Below, piece after piece: positions 13,662 to 27,180 of a stretch of 64,000 nucleotides of DNA; within the stretch, counting starts at the first letter, position 1; each line of letters opens with the position of its first letter. The translations under genes were made by a program, and so were the position numbers. The stretch is taken from positions 33,003-97,002 of the forward strand of contig CBFFRP010000421.1 in NCBI GenBank assembly GCA_965644295.1, given 5' to 3'. The notes beneath the pieces are model-generated. The model searched no databases, was not told the DNA's origin, and saw only the letters and a list, made by a program, of their open reading frames with translations. The stretch is from Paraphysomonas bandaiensis (lineage: Eukaryota; Protista; Chrysophyceae).

Positions 13662-16156
13662 ATGTCTTCTCTAGTTAGCAAGAAGACGGGTGCTCCACTC
13701 GATTCCAACTTGCATGACCCTCTGATTGTGCAGAAGTATGCGGGTTTGGCTGCTGAATTGCGGGCGGATGGGTTCGAACTTGTTAATGAACAGTCTCTGG
13801 CTAAACTCTCTTATGATATTCAACTATTTATGGAGGTATATAAAAATCAGTGTTAGTACTTATATTAATATGATATATCGACAGGAGTTTTTGGGTAGGA
13901 AGGCACCGGCGCCCAGAAAGATGGTGCGATTGCCACACTCAGTGTTCAAAGACCTCTCAGTGGGGGGCTCGATGCACCTTATCTTCAAGACAGCTTACCG
14001 TAAATTAAGTGTAGCGGAGTGGAAGAAATTTGATGTGTTAGACTCATCGAATACGGAGACTATGTATTCTATGTTGTTAGAAATGCAAAGCAGTCTAATT
14101 GATGTGAGTGGGATGTACATGATACATCTGTCCGTAGTTAACATTAAACGTGAATTGCAGAGAAAAGCTATTAATAGGCCGAGTATATACTTTTCTCCAT
14201 CTCTTTCGTCTGATCTAATCGAAGAGCTTGGGATTATAGCCCAGGCACATGGCGGTAGAATTGTTAGTGATATCCAGGATGCTAGTCATGTAGTGGAATG
14301 GGACGACGAGGTAGATGGGCAAGGGGTCGCGGAAGAGTTTTTCCGCCCTCTAGAGATCCGTCCACACGCCGGAGAAGGAACCGCTCTAGTTCATTGGTGG
14401 TATACTCCAGATAGTTATGACGAGTGGGTACCATCGCAGGGAGTAGAGTGTCGTGAAGTACCCGAGGACCCCTTCACACACCAACATACCAAACAGTGGC
14501 GAGTGTGTTGCCGATTCGTGCGGGATGTAGAAGAATACAACGAGTGGGGTAATGAGTTGGATTACGAACTAGAAGACCCTGAGGAAGCTGTGAGGGAAGG
14601 TGACCGGACAGGGGCTGGTACTGGAGGACGAAAGAAACGTGGTAGGCGTAGGGTGGACTCGAATGCAGCTTCGAAGCAACAAGAAACGCCTGTAGCAGAG
14701 GCAGAGCAGGTAACAGAGAGAATGATGCAGAGTCTAGCACCCCCCACAGAGGACCCTTTGTTTAATATGTCAAGCTCTGGTGGTAGTGTTAATGTTGTGG
14801 ATATTCAAGGAGACCAGTGTGAAATGAAGAGAGAGCAGCCAAGTGAATCGAATCAGTCACCATCAGGAATGAAAGAGTCAGAATTAGGTGAAAGGGAGGA
14901 AATTAGCAATGGGAATAGAGCTTCTCCTACCAGTCCTACTGCTGCCGTGATTAGTGGTGCTAAGCGGAGCAGAGACAGTGACCGGTCAGATTGTCCAATG
15001 CACAGAAGGAAAAGGGATCTATTGTTGGGCCCCTCGGAACGAGACAGTTCTACGCTGCCGTCCTGGTTTAGTCTGGAAACAATCAGCCCAGTTGAACACC
15101 GATATCTACCAGAGATATTCGGCGGAACTTCTCTTAAATCAGATAAGAATTCAAACGATGATCGGGTACCTGGAAGTCTCCGTCATCGCTACATCAGCAC
15201 CCGTAATTACATACTCGACCTAAATTACCAGCAGCCCCTAGTGTATTTGTCGGCCACTGAGTGTCGACAGAAGATGGCAGGCGATGCTGCTTTCATAACA
15301 CGTATTCATGAGTTTTTAGATGCGTTTGGGGTGATCAATACAAGCACTGCGATAAGGCACACTACTAGACCCCCCAAATGTCCAGCTTTTTTTTCGAATT
15401 GTCCATCCAATGCTGAGGTGGAGGCCCACTGCAATGCATTCAAATCTGTCATTTCACCAACAGGAAAGGGGCGAGAAGGTCGTGCAGAAGAAATCCGGTG
15501 GAGTGCTGAGGCGGATGCAGCAATATTGCAGGCTGTGTCCTCAATGTGTCCAGAAGGGTCCACTCAAAGTGATATTGACTGGCGCAGTGTAAGCAAAGCA
15601 GTGACGGATTCTGTGAAACGCTCGGATTCTAGCGCGGTCTTCACCCCTGAAATTTGCTTCAGGAGGTTTGTGGAGATGTCTTTGCCGGCTGTATCAGATG
15701 AAGGACGTGGAGTACCATGCGTTATTTCAGTTCCTCGAGTGGTTACTGGGAGTGGCTCAACACGGCAAGTGAGGGCACTTGCAGCCACAGTATTGACTAA
15801 GTGCGCTTGCCACATGGACTTTTTTACAGCGTCAGCAGCCTTGCGGGTGTCAAATGAAATACTAAAAAAGAAATCAGAAGGAGATAGGAAATCAGTTCAA
15901 TCTGTCATGCAGTCAGGCACAAAAAGCAATGTTCCCAAAGGAAATACGGGAAGCAACATCACTCGTCGACTTGAGACTCTAGAGGAGAAGGTACATAGTG
16001 TCGTCAATCTATACATAACATCTCATATCTGTACCGCAGATGAAACTAATGGAAGAAGTAGAAGCAGCTCTTGAGATCGAGAGAGAAAGAATTGAACTAG
16101 ACAGGCGCGTTTTGCGAGTGCAACGTGCGCAATTGGCTTTTCATCAACCGCACTAA
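13662..16156 (+). CDS. SWI3: SWI/SNF core subunit SWI3/SMARCC (BAF155/170)-like, multi-exon
   Basis: N-terminal BRCT/chromo-like module (LVHWWYTPDSYDEW...FVRDVEEYNEWGNELDYE), SWIRM (LPSWFS...YISTRN...ITRIHEFLDAFGVIN), SANT (WSAEAD...DWRSVS...C..RF) and a C-terminal coiled coil (RLETLEEK|MKLMEEVEAALEIERERIE). Short introns. Confidence 0.88.
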
Positions 16157-16495
16157 CTGCAGTAAATTGTGATTGTGATGTAGTTGTTCCGTGGTTGTGT
16201 CGAGTCGTGGTTGAGCACCTTGATCTAGTAATTAGTAGTGTAGTCTTTTATGCATTAGTTATACAATTTTCGGCTCTATAAACGGTGTTATAATATTGTG
16301 TTGCTGCTTTATAGTAAATTTCTTTCGCCTGGCAATTAGTGTACCTAGTTTTCATAAATTGTGTAGATACTGTACACTAGACTGACTTGTTACGGTGGTG
16401 TAGTTTGCGCAATATGTACACCTATTTAGTGATGTTGTGTTTGTAATATCTCCATGAAGTCGTGAAGTAACATGTACACCTGGGTTAGGGAACAA

Positions 16496-16602
16496 CAGCG
16501 CTGCGTATCAATTAATTGACGCAGGTTGTAGTCAATTATAATTGCAATTATGAATCGACGTCCCAATTTCAATAATTAACAATTAATTGATAAGCAGCCC
16601 TG
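16496..16602. mobile_element. 107-bp hAT-type MITE
   Basis: 23-bp TIRs CAGCGCTGCGTATCAATTAATTG / CAATTAATTGATAAGCAGCCCTG (2 mismatches). Perfect 8-bp TSD GGGAACAA at 16488-16495 and 16603-16610. Confidence 0.85.
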
Positions 16603-16624
16603 GGGAACAATAGCACATGCTAAT

Positions 16625-16996
16625 CAGGGCTGCGTAACAATTAATTAATTGTTAATTATAGGAATTGCAATAATTGATATTGGGACATCAAGTACTAATT
16701 TCAATTTTAATTGGTCAAAACTTGAGACTGCATATGTGTAGTATGGAGTATGGATGTATAGATCATAGATCAGTACTGTCACACAATTATCATTAATAAT
16801 GATAAAGTGACTGTGAACAGTGCACACGTGCACACACATCAATATTCTTCTATGATAGCATCGATTAGTAGCTATACAGCTTAAGGTGCTATCCTTATAA
16901 TTAAACCAGCCAATAAATTGCAATTAATTGGCAACATTTACGAATAATAATTGCAGTTGTTATTTTTTACTTGCAGTTATAATAATTGCAAGCCTG
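16625..16996. mobile_element. Related hAT-like non-autonomous element (same terminus family as 16496-16602)
   Basis: Begins CAGGGCTGCGTAACAATTAATT and ends GCAAGCCTG, with many AATTGCA subterminal motifs. No TSD found. Confidence 0.45.
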
Positions 16997-17142
16997 GTAT
17001 AGATATACAGGTAGAATAATCTGTTGTCTCGACTTCACAGAGATCTATGTTACTGTTACTTGCTATTGTAACTGCACTAACTTCACCGCACAAACATCTC
17101 TACTTGAACTAATTTTCTATCTTGCGATTATAATACAATATT

Positions 17143-18091
17143 CTACGATGCTACCATGGAGTTATCTTTATGTTCACTAGATACTACAGTGTCAACAGGT
17201 ACATCGTGAGCAGGGGCTGCGGGAAGTACAGGAGTGGTGGGAACCTCGGGCATACTGATATCAGTATTCTGAGAATTCTGTTCAGGCGTGCGTTCTCTCT
17301 CACTTTCCGCATTCTCCCTCGCCATTATCATCTGCAATACAAAGTGTGAGCCAAGTGAGCGTGAAGTCTTATGTATATGAAATATACCTCGAGCTCTGCC
17401 TCTAACTCACTCTCGTCCGCTAAAGTGAACTCTCCAGCAACTAGGGTACTGATTTCATTCTCAATCTGTCAAGTGTAGGTGATATAATATAGCAGTCGTC
17501 TTTATCATTTTTTTACCTCCCTCGCTTCTCTAGTTTCTTCCATCAGTCGCTCAACATCTTCGACTGACATCTCCTCATGAAGCTTTTTTAGGGCATCGGT
17601 GCCAGCCTTCAGAGCGCGCAGAGCCTCTATATTATGAGACTCCCATTCAATTTCTTCTATCTGTGAACAAATATTCAACATCGGAGACATTTTATTTCAA
17701 CTGCATGATACCATCGACATGACATTCAGGAGTTTCGCATCAATCGAGTCCGCCTCTTTTATCTTATGCTTACGTAATTTCAGTGCAAGCAGAGCTCGAT
17801 CCTGTGATCCCATACTGTTAATATCAACATAAACCAGCAGCAGTCATGTGTACCTTTTTACCAGAAGCTAACAGCTCTTTAGCCTGATTCTGTAATCTCT
17901 CTGACTCTGTACCTAACTACAGTCATCATAAGTAGAGAGATGTTACCCCTTATTATAAACTGTACCCTCTTTTGGTATTTAAAGAGTTTGTCTCGAACTA
18001 TCTTTAAGTCGAGTATAGCACGATCTTTCTCAGATATGGAACTCTGCGCTTGTTTTGGAGGTGATTTAAGTGATTTAAATATATTTCCCAT
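17143..18091 (-). CDS. VPS20: ESCRT-III subunit VPS20/CHMP6 (Snf7 family), multi-exon
   Basis: MGNIF myristoylation start; ISEKDRAILDLKIVRDKLFKYQKR; DRALLALKLRK; IEEIEW...ALKAGTDALKKLHEEMSVEDVERLMEET; C-terminal MPEVPT motif. Confidence 0.92.
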
Positions 18092-18197
18092 TGTAAGGAA
18101 TTGATTGATAGTATAGTATGTTGAATGGTTGTTATATATGGATTATATAGAGAGGCATGCCTGTTAAAGTGTTAGTACAAGCAGGAGGTGTACACTA

Positions 18198-18248
18198 TAC
18201 ATACATACATACATACATACATACATACATACATACATACATACATAC
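18198..18248. repeat. (TACA)n microsatellite
   Basis: Directly visible, upstream of VPS20 in a divergent intergenic region. Confidence 0.95.
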
Positions 18249-18745
18249 ACACTATTCCTATTAGTATACTACACTGTAGTACTATATACTACTCACTGTA
18301 CTTTATACAGTTTGCAATATATATATATGCTGTACAGTACCGTAGAGTGATGTGTCCGAATGTGCGGTGCGTTCAAGTAGAATGCTGGACTCTGCACAGA
18401 TTACGTATATCACAGATGCACTATACAGTCCTATGATACGGAATACAGTGGTATACTCGTCTTCAAGATTCGGAAAGATCCCGTTTATCCCAATATTCTC
18501 CTGTAGTCTAACACTCTCACCTACATTCCAGCCGTTTCTCCATCTAGTGTACCGGAGTACAGACAAGATGTGTCCAGCTGCACAATATATACAGTATCTA
18601 ATGTATGTATATGTACTTATATATATATATATATGTACACACAGCAGTACAGTACAGCGCAGTACCATGCAGTCATTCTGGAAACCCATCAAACTAAGTA
18701 ACAATCAGCCCACAATCAGTGCAGCTGTTAATTAAACATCAAACA

Positions 18746-21635
18746 ATGAACGTTGACAATATTCTGAATATTGAGGTATTGCTATTTATACAGTGGTAAC
18801 ATACACTCATGATTATCTGTATAGAAAAGGACTGGTATCAGTAACAGTGATATCGATGACTTTGTTAGTAAAGCAAGTGCTGTTGAAGAGGCTGTGAAAG
18901 CTTTACGTGAAGGAAAAGTAGCCCCTGAAGATGTTAAAGTTGAAGGAATAGAAACTGAAGAAGAAAAAAAAGAAAAAGAAGTAAATTATATATAAATATA
19001 TATGTATATATATTCACATATTTAACAGTTGAAGAGACTCAAAAGAAGAGAAGAATTAAAGAGAGAAGAAGAAGCATTGCGTCTTAAAAGAAAACAGGAA
19101 GAAAAGGAGAGATGGTGGGCTGGTGCAGAGATGTATGCTGCTCGTAAAGATGATGAAGAGAATGCTGATGATGAGACGGATGAAGGAACAGTACATTCGA
19201 GAAGTATGGCACGATATTCCGCAGATTATTCGCGATGGGAGCAGTGGACTCCCAATGATCCGGCTACTCTCCAGGAGGTGTGTTTGTGTATGCTCTCTGA
19301 AACTCTCTTGTCCTTGTTAACGCATTTATGTTGTTTCGAGTAGAGGCAAGAAGAGGAGGCAGCTGCTGATGAAGCTCGTAATAAAGAGTTCGAGAACAGT
19401 AATCCGGAATTCTGTAAACAGTTTCTAGAAGATATGGAAGCTCGTAAGAAGGCTTCAGAGAAAAAGCTGCAAAGCGCTAACGCCTTGAAACTCAAAGGGA
19501 ACAAGTACTTCAAGGCGAAAAAGTACACTGAAGCCCTCACACACTACATGGACGCCCTCAAGCAAGCGCCTTACGACGGTGTGGCCGTGCTTACTAATAT
19601 CGCCCAGGCCAATATTAAGCTCCAGAATTATGAAGATGCTGTAGAATTTCTTAACCGTGCGCTGTACCTTCAACCGGATAATGTCAAGGTAATTTTTTCG
19701 GTTTGCTGCCATTGCATTAGTAAGTTGTGTCTGCAGGCATTGTCCCGCAAAGCTTTCGTGCTTGGGGAACTGGTAGGCGGGGAAGAAAACATTCAAGAAG
19801 CTCTGCGGTGCGCTGAGAGGGCCCATAAAGTTGATCCGTCTTGTGGTGAAGTGGAAGCACAGTTCAAGGACCTGACGATTGCCTTAGGTGACATCAAGAG
19901 TGAGAAGGAAGTGAGGGCATTGGCGGATGCACCCGAAAGAAAGAAGGTGGCAGATATACACAACACTTTGATTCAAGGTGAGGGGGATGATAAGGCTATG
20001 GCTGGAGCTCTACAACAACTAGCAGAGGTGGCGACTCTTTCTTCCACAGGAGCAGCACCTGGCCTAGCAGTGATTGATACTCTACAACTACTGCTTCAGA
20101 GAGACGATCAAAACGAAAAGGTAAATGAAGGACTTGACAAGGCCGTTTTAGATAGTGCGATGGATGTGCTACGGGAGGATAGAGCTGCTAGAGTATATCT
20201 GCGCACAAGCGGAACTCTTGCTGTACTTGTGGAAAAGATAAAGTCTCTCCTTACTTTGAATGATACCACTGGTGAAGAAGCTAAAAGTCATCTGTCATTG
20301 GGCTCGTTGCTGCAGATGTTGGCCACAGCTGTGAGCGGAGAGAGGCCGTCTAAGATAGTGGTTATGGATGATCCTGTCGTACTTTCTTCCGTGAAATCCC
20401 TTTTGGGGATGGAGTCTACGCCGGTTGACACCTTATATGGATGCATAAGTCTAATCGCCTCTGGCATTGAGGACACTTTCTTGAAGATGAGATCACTACT
20501 ACTGAAGGACAAGTCGCTGTTATTAAACCTAGGCGCTGCCTACTGTCACCTAAACGATATATTGACTTCCAGACGATCAGTCCATTCAAAAACACCTGAA
20601 GCCGTCAAGGCTTGTTGTGCAGTGATTAGAGATTTGTGTTTCTCGCAAGAGGGAAAGCAGCAGATGTCGTCCGTGTCTTCGCCCATTGTTTCTATTCTTG
20701 GATCCTCTCTCATCTCACATGTTAAGAAGCCCATGGCTCAGAGCACCGAACTTCTTGAAATAACTTTGGAGACATTGCTGGGATGTTCTCAGAGTGAAGT
20801 GCTCAGAGGTGCTTTCGCGGACCACCTCGTAACCACAGGAGATTCTGAGCTGACTACTGTTCATGCAATACTCCGCCTGACTATCAAGCACAAATGGTCG
20901 ATTCCAAATGGACTTGCAGTTCTTATGAACGTTACTATTCAGGATGCGCCAGAAATGCGCCGACTGGTATATGACGCTGGCGGGATGGATGTCGTCATGA
21001 ATGTACTGCAAGCTCATGACGGTGCTGATGTTAGCGAGTATTCACGGGTTCGCGCTGCTGGTTTATTGTCTCGCATGACTGGGATAGACGAGGTGCAAGG
21101 TGTACTGAGATCCGCATCAACGTATCGTATGTTGTGTAACAGGCTCTGTAAAAACTGTGAGTTGACAGGCGACAAGGTAGAGAAATGGGTCATTGACGAA
21201 CGAGCTCAGTTAGTTCGTGTTCTAGCTTCTGTTACCAATCCTCCCAAGGAATGTATTCGCGAGGGGGCGAATGCTGGGATCGTCCGGTCGCTTTTGAGCT
21301 GTCTCCCAATGCCAAGGAAGGAACTTCACCAAGTCACGCCTACATCTGTTATTCTTCCTCCTTCTGAGACGATTCAACCGGTACTACTGGGAAACATTGC
21401 ACGGTGTCTGATGCCATATGCAGATGACACAGAACAAGCGGTAGAGTTGTATACAAATCAGAAGAATTATGGTGTAGAGAAGCTGATATGTATGATGGCT
21501 ACATGTACAGATATGCGAGTGCGTAAGAACATAGCGATATTACTGGCAAAAGGGTGTAGAAACCCTTCTACTAGACAGCGTGTTGAGCATTTAAGAGGGC
21601 TACAGATGCTAGTTGAACTCCAGAAGCAACTGTAA
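18746..21635 (+). CDS. TTC12: TPR + armadillo-repeat protein, TTC12-like (axonemal dynein assembly factor), multi-exon
   Basis: N-terminal IDDFVSKASAVEEAVKAL; DYSRWEQW; TPR (ALKLKGNKYFKAKKYTEAL..Y); ARM-type C-terminus ending RKNIAILLAK...LRGLQML. Confidence 0.75.
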
Positions 21636-22143
21636 ATAATTTAGTATGCGGTAAATGTTGTTTACCGTTATATTCAACTTTATATTTGAAGCGATTACGT
21701 ATTCGAATTTGCTCTATAGTGTTTGAAAATTGACCATACCTATTCATATGATGTGTCTTCCGCTCTAAATCATATGTCGATCTCTCTCTAGTAAACTCAA
21801 GCAGTGATTTATTAAATAATAGCATGAGATAATTTAGACGCAGTGTGTTTTGTTATTCTTCTACACATTATATTCCAGAATCCAGAACTATGCAATCATT
21901 CTACAAAAAGAAGACAAGCACATATCTGTAACTGCTGTTGCTTTATTGAAATGCAACCAACCCCTACATTCATATTAATAGCTTCAGTAAAAGCATAGCG
22001 AGGACCTTTGAGTGCACAGCTTTAATGCATATGGCTCCATTTTAATTAATCCATAAAATAATTCCATTTTATAAATTATTAAATTATTCCATGTTATATA
22101 TTATTAAATTATTCCATTTTATTGTTTCTATATTATGGATTAT

Positions 22144-22691
22144 GGTAGAACGTCCACAAGCCCGAGCGCAGTGCGACCAGGGAAGAGAATCTTTAGATCC
22201 GGAGGGAGCCTGGCTTCTATGGTTTTTCATTTTAATTTATCTATAAAATCTATATCTTTTTTAAATAAATCCCTAAATAATTTTTTTTATTAATTTGATA
22301 ATTTGGCATTGGCATTTTAAATAAAACTATAAGAACTAAAAATACAATTAGAGATTAAAGAAATCATACAATATAATGTCATGCCAAAAATGCCATTTAC
22401 TTCATCACTACCAATAGCAGTAGCGTGTATATATTCCATCGCTACACTATGTGCGCATACTATAAACCTACTAGCTGCTGCACCAACACTATCAATACGA
22501 ATCATCTCTTCAAATACTATTGCAATCTGAAATGGTTTAAAGAATAATTTTTCACTTTTAATTTATTTAAATTTAAAACGCAATTAAAAACACTTAAAGA
22601 TAATTTGATATATTATTATAAACGACTAGAATTTAATGAACTCAGGCATGATTGACGAGACTGACTATCGCGATTTGGTCGACATTCTACC
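22144..22691. mobile_element. Candidate AT-rich TIR element
   Basis: Termini GGTAGAACGTC / GACATTCTACC flanked on both sides by ATTAT (possible 5-bp TSD). Confidence 0.35.
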
Positions 22692-22890
22692 ATTATGAAT
22701 AAATCAATATACATACTACTACATTATATATGTACTATATTGCCGCATTTTTATTGCGAAATTCATAGTTTCTAGCGAGTACATTGTTACGCACTTAATT
22801 AGTAATTAGTACTACTAGAGTAGGGCGTATAAGTAGTTAGATATGTAACCACGTGTAACATGTTACATGTTGTTATAAGAGGTTATATTG

Positions 22891-23752
22891 TTATCCCCAT
22901 TTTGTCTTAAAAAATGCTTTTTTTGACCTGATTTGGGCTCAACAGGGCGCTCATATCACCACCGGGCAAATATAGACATTCAACTTCAATGTTCGGTTCA
23001 ACAGAAGCTCACTTCTATCTTCATTATATGATAATGACAGTCGTATGTATGTGATTTCATTATAGTACACTATTATAGAGAAACCACAATCATGAGCGAA
23101 ACACCAAGAGCAGATCATCTAACTCCAAGTTATATTCCATCCTTCGACTGCTGTATAAGATCACAACGATGTCAGTGCAAGTGATCTGTCTTCATATCCA
23201 GGACTTCAAAACAACTTCAAGAACATTACAGGAGAGTTTAAGTACCATATCTGATGCTATATAGGTGGTTAGGAGCAGTGGCACCCAGTTCTTTCAGGGT
23301 TTGAGCCATATCGTGCTTCTCAGGATATTGTGTGTTTCGTATCATACACACATCATTCGATCAGGTGCACTTGCAGAGGTAAAGCCTGCTGTATATAAGT
23401 GTGATGATGATGCTAATTAAGGAAATAAGAAGCCTCTCTCTCACCTTCAACTGTTTACATTTATCATCACACTTACAGTATACATATCATTGATTTGAAA
23501 CTATATGAGTTCTCATTTGTGTTATTAATGTTAATCAAGGAACATCTATTTCTTTATACAGCAAGCATGCTACAAATAGCTATACAATCTAATATTAACT
23601 TTTCAACGTCATGAGGATAAGCTACAATTTAGCGTAGGGATAAGGAGTATCGTCCCTTGTCTAAATTTTAAAACTCGGACTTTTCGCCCTCGTTTCAAAA
23701 TTTTGAGCGCGGGACGATATAGCCTCCTTATTGCACATGGTTAAATATAACT
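22891..23752 (+). repeat. Dispersed ~860-bp non-coding repeat, copy A
   Basis: Highly similar to 29402-30264 along its whole length. Terminal stem-loop ATAAGGAGTATCGTCCC (23640-23656) / GGGACGATATAGCCTCCTTAT (23711-23731). Confidence 0.9.
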
Positions 23753-24144
23753 ATATTGATTTGTAGATTGGTAGTACTAACGACAATTAATGCAAGGAGA
23801 AATGTTTATCACAATTTAAAATACTGAGAGTATTTAAAACACACACAACACGACGACGAAATATTTATTAATGATGCTGTCCCATTTTGAGTGCGTGGCC
23901 ATAGTGTAGGCTCGCTTGTACACCATATATAACACCGAGAGTTTGCGCTGATTCTACCGCCCGCCTACCCATGTACCAACGTAGCTGATTTATTTGAGTA
24001 TATTAACAAAGTATCAAATATAGACACTTTTACATGTAGACAACAGTCGGAAATGAAAACGCTGCGAGGTCTAACACTAATACAAGGAATTTCGGACCAC
24101 ACGCCCATTCAACGAAATTCGTGGACTATTATATTCACACAGTG

Positions 24145-26629
24145 TTATAAAATTCCAGTAACATCAAAATCCCAAAGCTCTAAAGACTTGCGACAAACAT
24201 CAAAATTTGGAGACGTTTGCGAGTTGAAACCGGGAACATCTATACATGGATCGATGCGCTCAACAACATTCAAAAGAACTTCGTCCATGCTTTGGCATGA
24301 TTCGAAGCTCGAGCTACTGAATATTTCGTCAACTATCGTTCGAAATAACCATGGATTTAAAAAACTGTTCAACGTTTTCATGGAATCTGCCTCCACATAT
24401 CCACTGTACACTTCGGCGGTGTGCAATACATATCCAATATGACAAATAACGACTTCTACTATTGACCACATAACACACATATCTATTCCGCATTCATCTA
24501 CACTGTGATACCTTCTATTCTGGTATGAAGCATTGTTTGATATGAAGGGACAGTCTTTGTACACCAGCATACCGGCAAAGCCAGTTACAATTGCGCAGCA
24601 TGCGCGAGAAAAAGGGCGAAAACTACACGAAGGATACACCAGAGATCCGATGTGACACAACACACTTAAAGAAATTTTCACAATTGAATATTCCATACAT
24701 TGACTCTCACTTGAGGAAGCAATTGAGCATGGTTCGAGCATATATCTGCAGGCTTGAATAAATCGCGGTCTAGAACACTGCGGAAAATCATCATCCAACT
24801 TCAGTTCCTTCGCCTCAAACTTCGGTACTGACACATGGGTCTCGACTGGTTCCCCGGTGGAGAATAAAACTTCACGTATGACTCCTTCTCTACAGTCGAA
24901 ATATCCCAGCAACAAGGCGTACACGCGAGATCGGAGACTCCTCAGAGCGGCGTACACAGAACAAGATGGAGTTATATCAGAGTCTTCAAAGGAAATATCA
25001 ATAGCATTTTCACAAAGCGATACTCTAGGGAGGTAAATACGGTGACGAATTACCAGGCGCAAGTCCCATGGGAGGTTGTTATCTCCCATGCTGTTTGATA
25101 TTTTTTTCGGATAATGAGATACAAATTGAACTACCTCGGAATCATGCTGTGAATGCGACACAGAGTTGGAGTTGACAGTGTACATTGCTTCAGTAGAACT
25201 CAAGTAAGTAGCCAAGCGTCGGCATTCAACAGCTGTATTACTGCAGCATGGACTCCACCGGGGGCCCTGATCATTTCTAACCCACTGACATAATCCCCGG
25301 CACCGACTGTTCGTCAAAGCATTCTGGATGGATTGTGTGCTAATATCCAGTAGACAAGAAATCACAGAGACGGATATGTCTGAAACGCCTGGCCATAGTC
25401 GGTAAACGTCCGTGAGAAGCCGATGTGCAGCCTGCATGATTTCAATTAAAACAATATACTACAGTTCACTACAACGCTCCACTGAGGTACGACGGAAATT
25501 ACCTTCAGTGTATCAGGTGATGTCATTACATAGTCATTGTCAGCACAGCTACTTGGCCCATACTGCTGCAACACACTAAGCGCAGCCTCAATGTCACAAT
25601 CGATGTGCGCATCTTCTTGACAAGATTCTACTCCACTGTCGGCTTCATCATATATATCGTCCTGGTAGTGGCACTCTTTTGTGTCAATTTCACACTTCCT
25701 TTTCTTCTTCTGTTTCTTTTTCTTCTTTCGTGCTGAAGACTTCTGCTGGCGAGCACCACTATTGTTAACATTTCTAGAATGCACCAAGAGTAATGCGTGA
25801 ATTCTCTCAAGTATTGGTGCAGGCGTTGTGTCATGACCCAATAGTGCGGACAACAGCCACATATGCTGTAAGTTTACATATTAAGGTAACATCGGTTATG
25901 CTACATACAATAGTAGTTACATAGCAGTACCTGAGGAAGAACTCCAGTTGATCGCGATAGTCTGACACGGTCGACAACATGTGCAGAAATTCCAGAACAA
26001 GCAGAGTACTCCAATGTCCACAAAGGAATTAGCCCTACACCTATCTCTTCAGACCTACCTGAGCTTCTACTGTAATTATAGGCTAGTAAATCTGAATCAT
26101 TACTAAGTATTGCAACAGCCCCAACAGAATTTGCAACTGAAATAATATCTCTATCTGCTTCTCCATAGGCTCGAAGCAATGTATGTGTGTCGCTTTCATT
26201 TCCACCACCTGGTTGGAAAGAAAGAATAGCCATTGAAATGCACTCAACACTGAGCAATGGAGGCGGAACAGAAGATGCATACGAATATGGTTTCGATTCC
26301 AGTGTTGATCGAAGAACATCACACTGATTCTGAAGACGAGAAAGCTTAACACTGAGTCTGTTAGAGTCAGTGGGCCCATCAAACACAAACACTAAACGGA
26401 TCTTAAGTCCGTTACATATTTCAAGAAACTCATTCACTGCTCTATGAATAAGAGTGTAGTCAGATAAGATATAGGGGCATGGACCGAGATATCTACTACA
26501 TAACCAGTGAGTATATGCGTTCCCGTCCACTACTATCACTGCTACACTATCAGACGAGTCTCGTGTGAAAAAAGAGGACACTGAGGACATGTTATGCTTG
26601 ATGAAGGTCATCAGACCTCGAATTCCCAT
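24145..26629 (-). CDS. Asteroid/FAM120-like XPG-type PIN-domain nuclease, multi-exon
   Basis: MGIRGL start; IVVDGN; VFVFDG; GEADRDI; ILSNDSDLL; LLGHD (H3TH-like). Confidence 0.8.
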
Positions 26630-26840
26630 TGTGGTTACTTGTGGGTTGATATGATGAGAGAGAACGACACTGTGCCTCTATGAGTGCATGTCTAGATGGT
26701 GTAAGCAACACTGCGCTGTACACTGCTGTACATGGATGAGGATAGAAGTGATACATACACCCACACACAACACTCCTCGTTCATTGGCTAATGACACATA
26801 CACTTCGCCTACCTGCAGTACCTATACATACATCCATGCG

Positions 26841-27135
26841 TACATACATACATACATACATACATACATACATACATACATACATACATACATACATACA
26901 TACATACATACATACATACATACATACATACATACATACATACATACATACATACATACATACATACATACATACATACATACATACATACATACATACA
27001 TACGTACATACATACATACATACATACATACATACATACATACATACATACATACATACATACATACATACATACATACATACATACATACATACATACA
27101 TACATACATACATACATACATACATACATACATAC
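26841..27135. repeat. (TACA)n microsatellite, ~295 bp
   Basis: Directly visible between two divergent genes. Confidence 0.98.
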
Positions 27136-27180
27136 AGGTACATACAGGTACATACAGGTACAGCAGGGTATCTTAAGGAT

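Noticed and set aside
13196-13856. ORFs reading HTYI/MYVC repeats (also 18188-18436 and 26688-27207)
   Set aside because: They are translation artefacts of stop-free tetranucleotide microsatellites.
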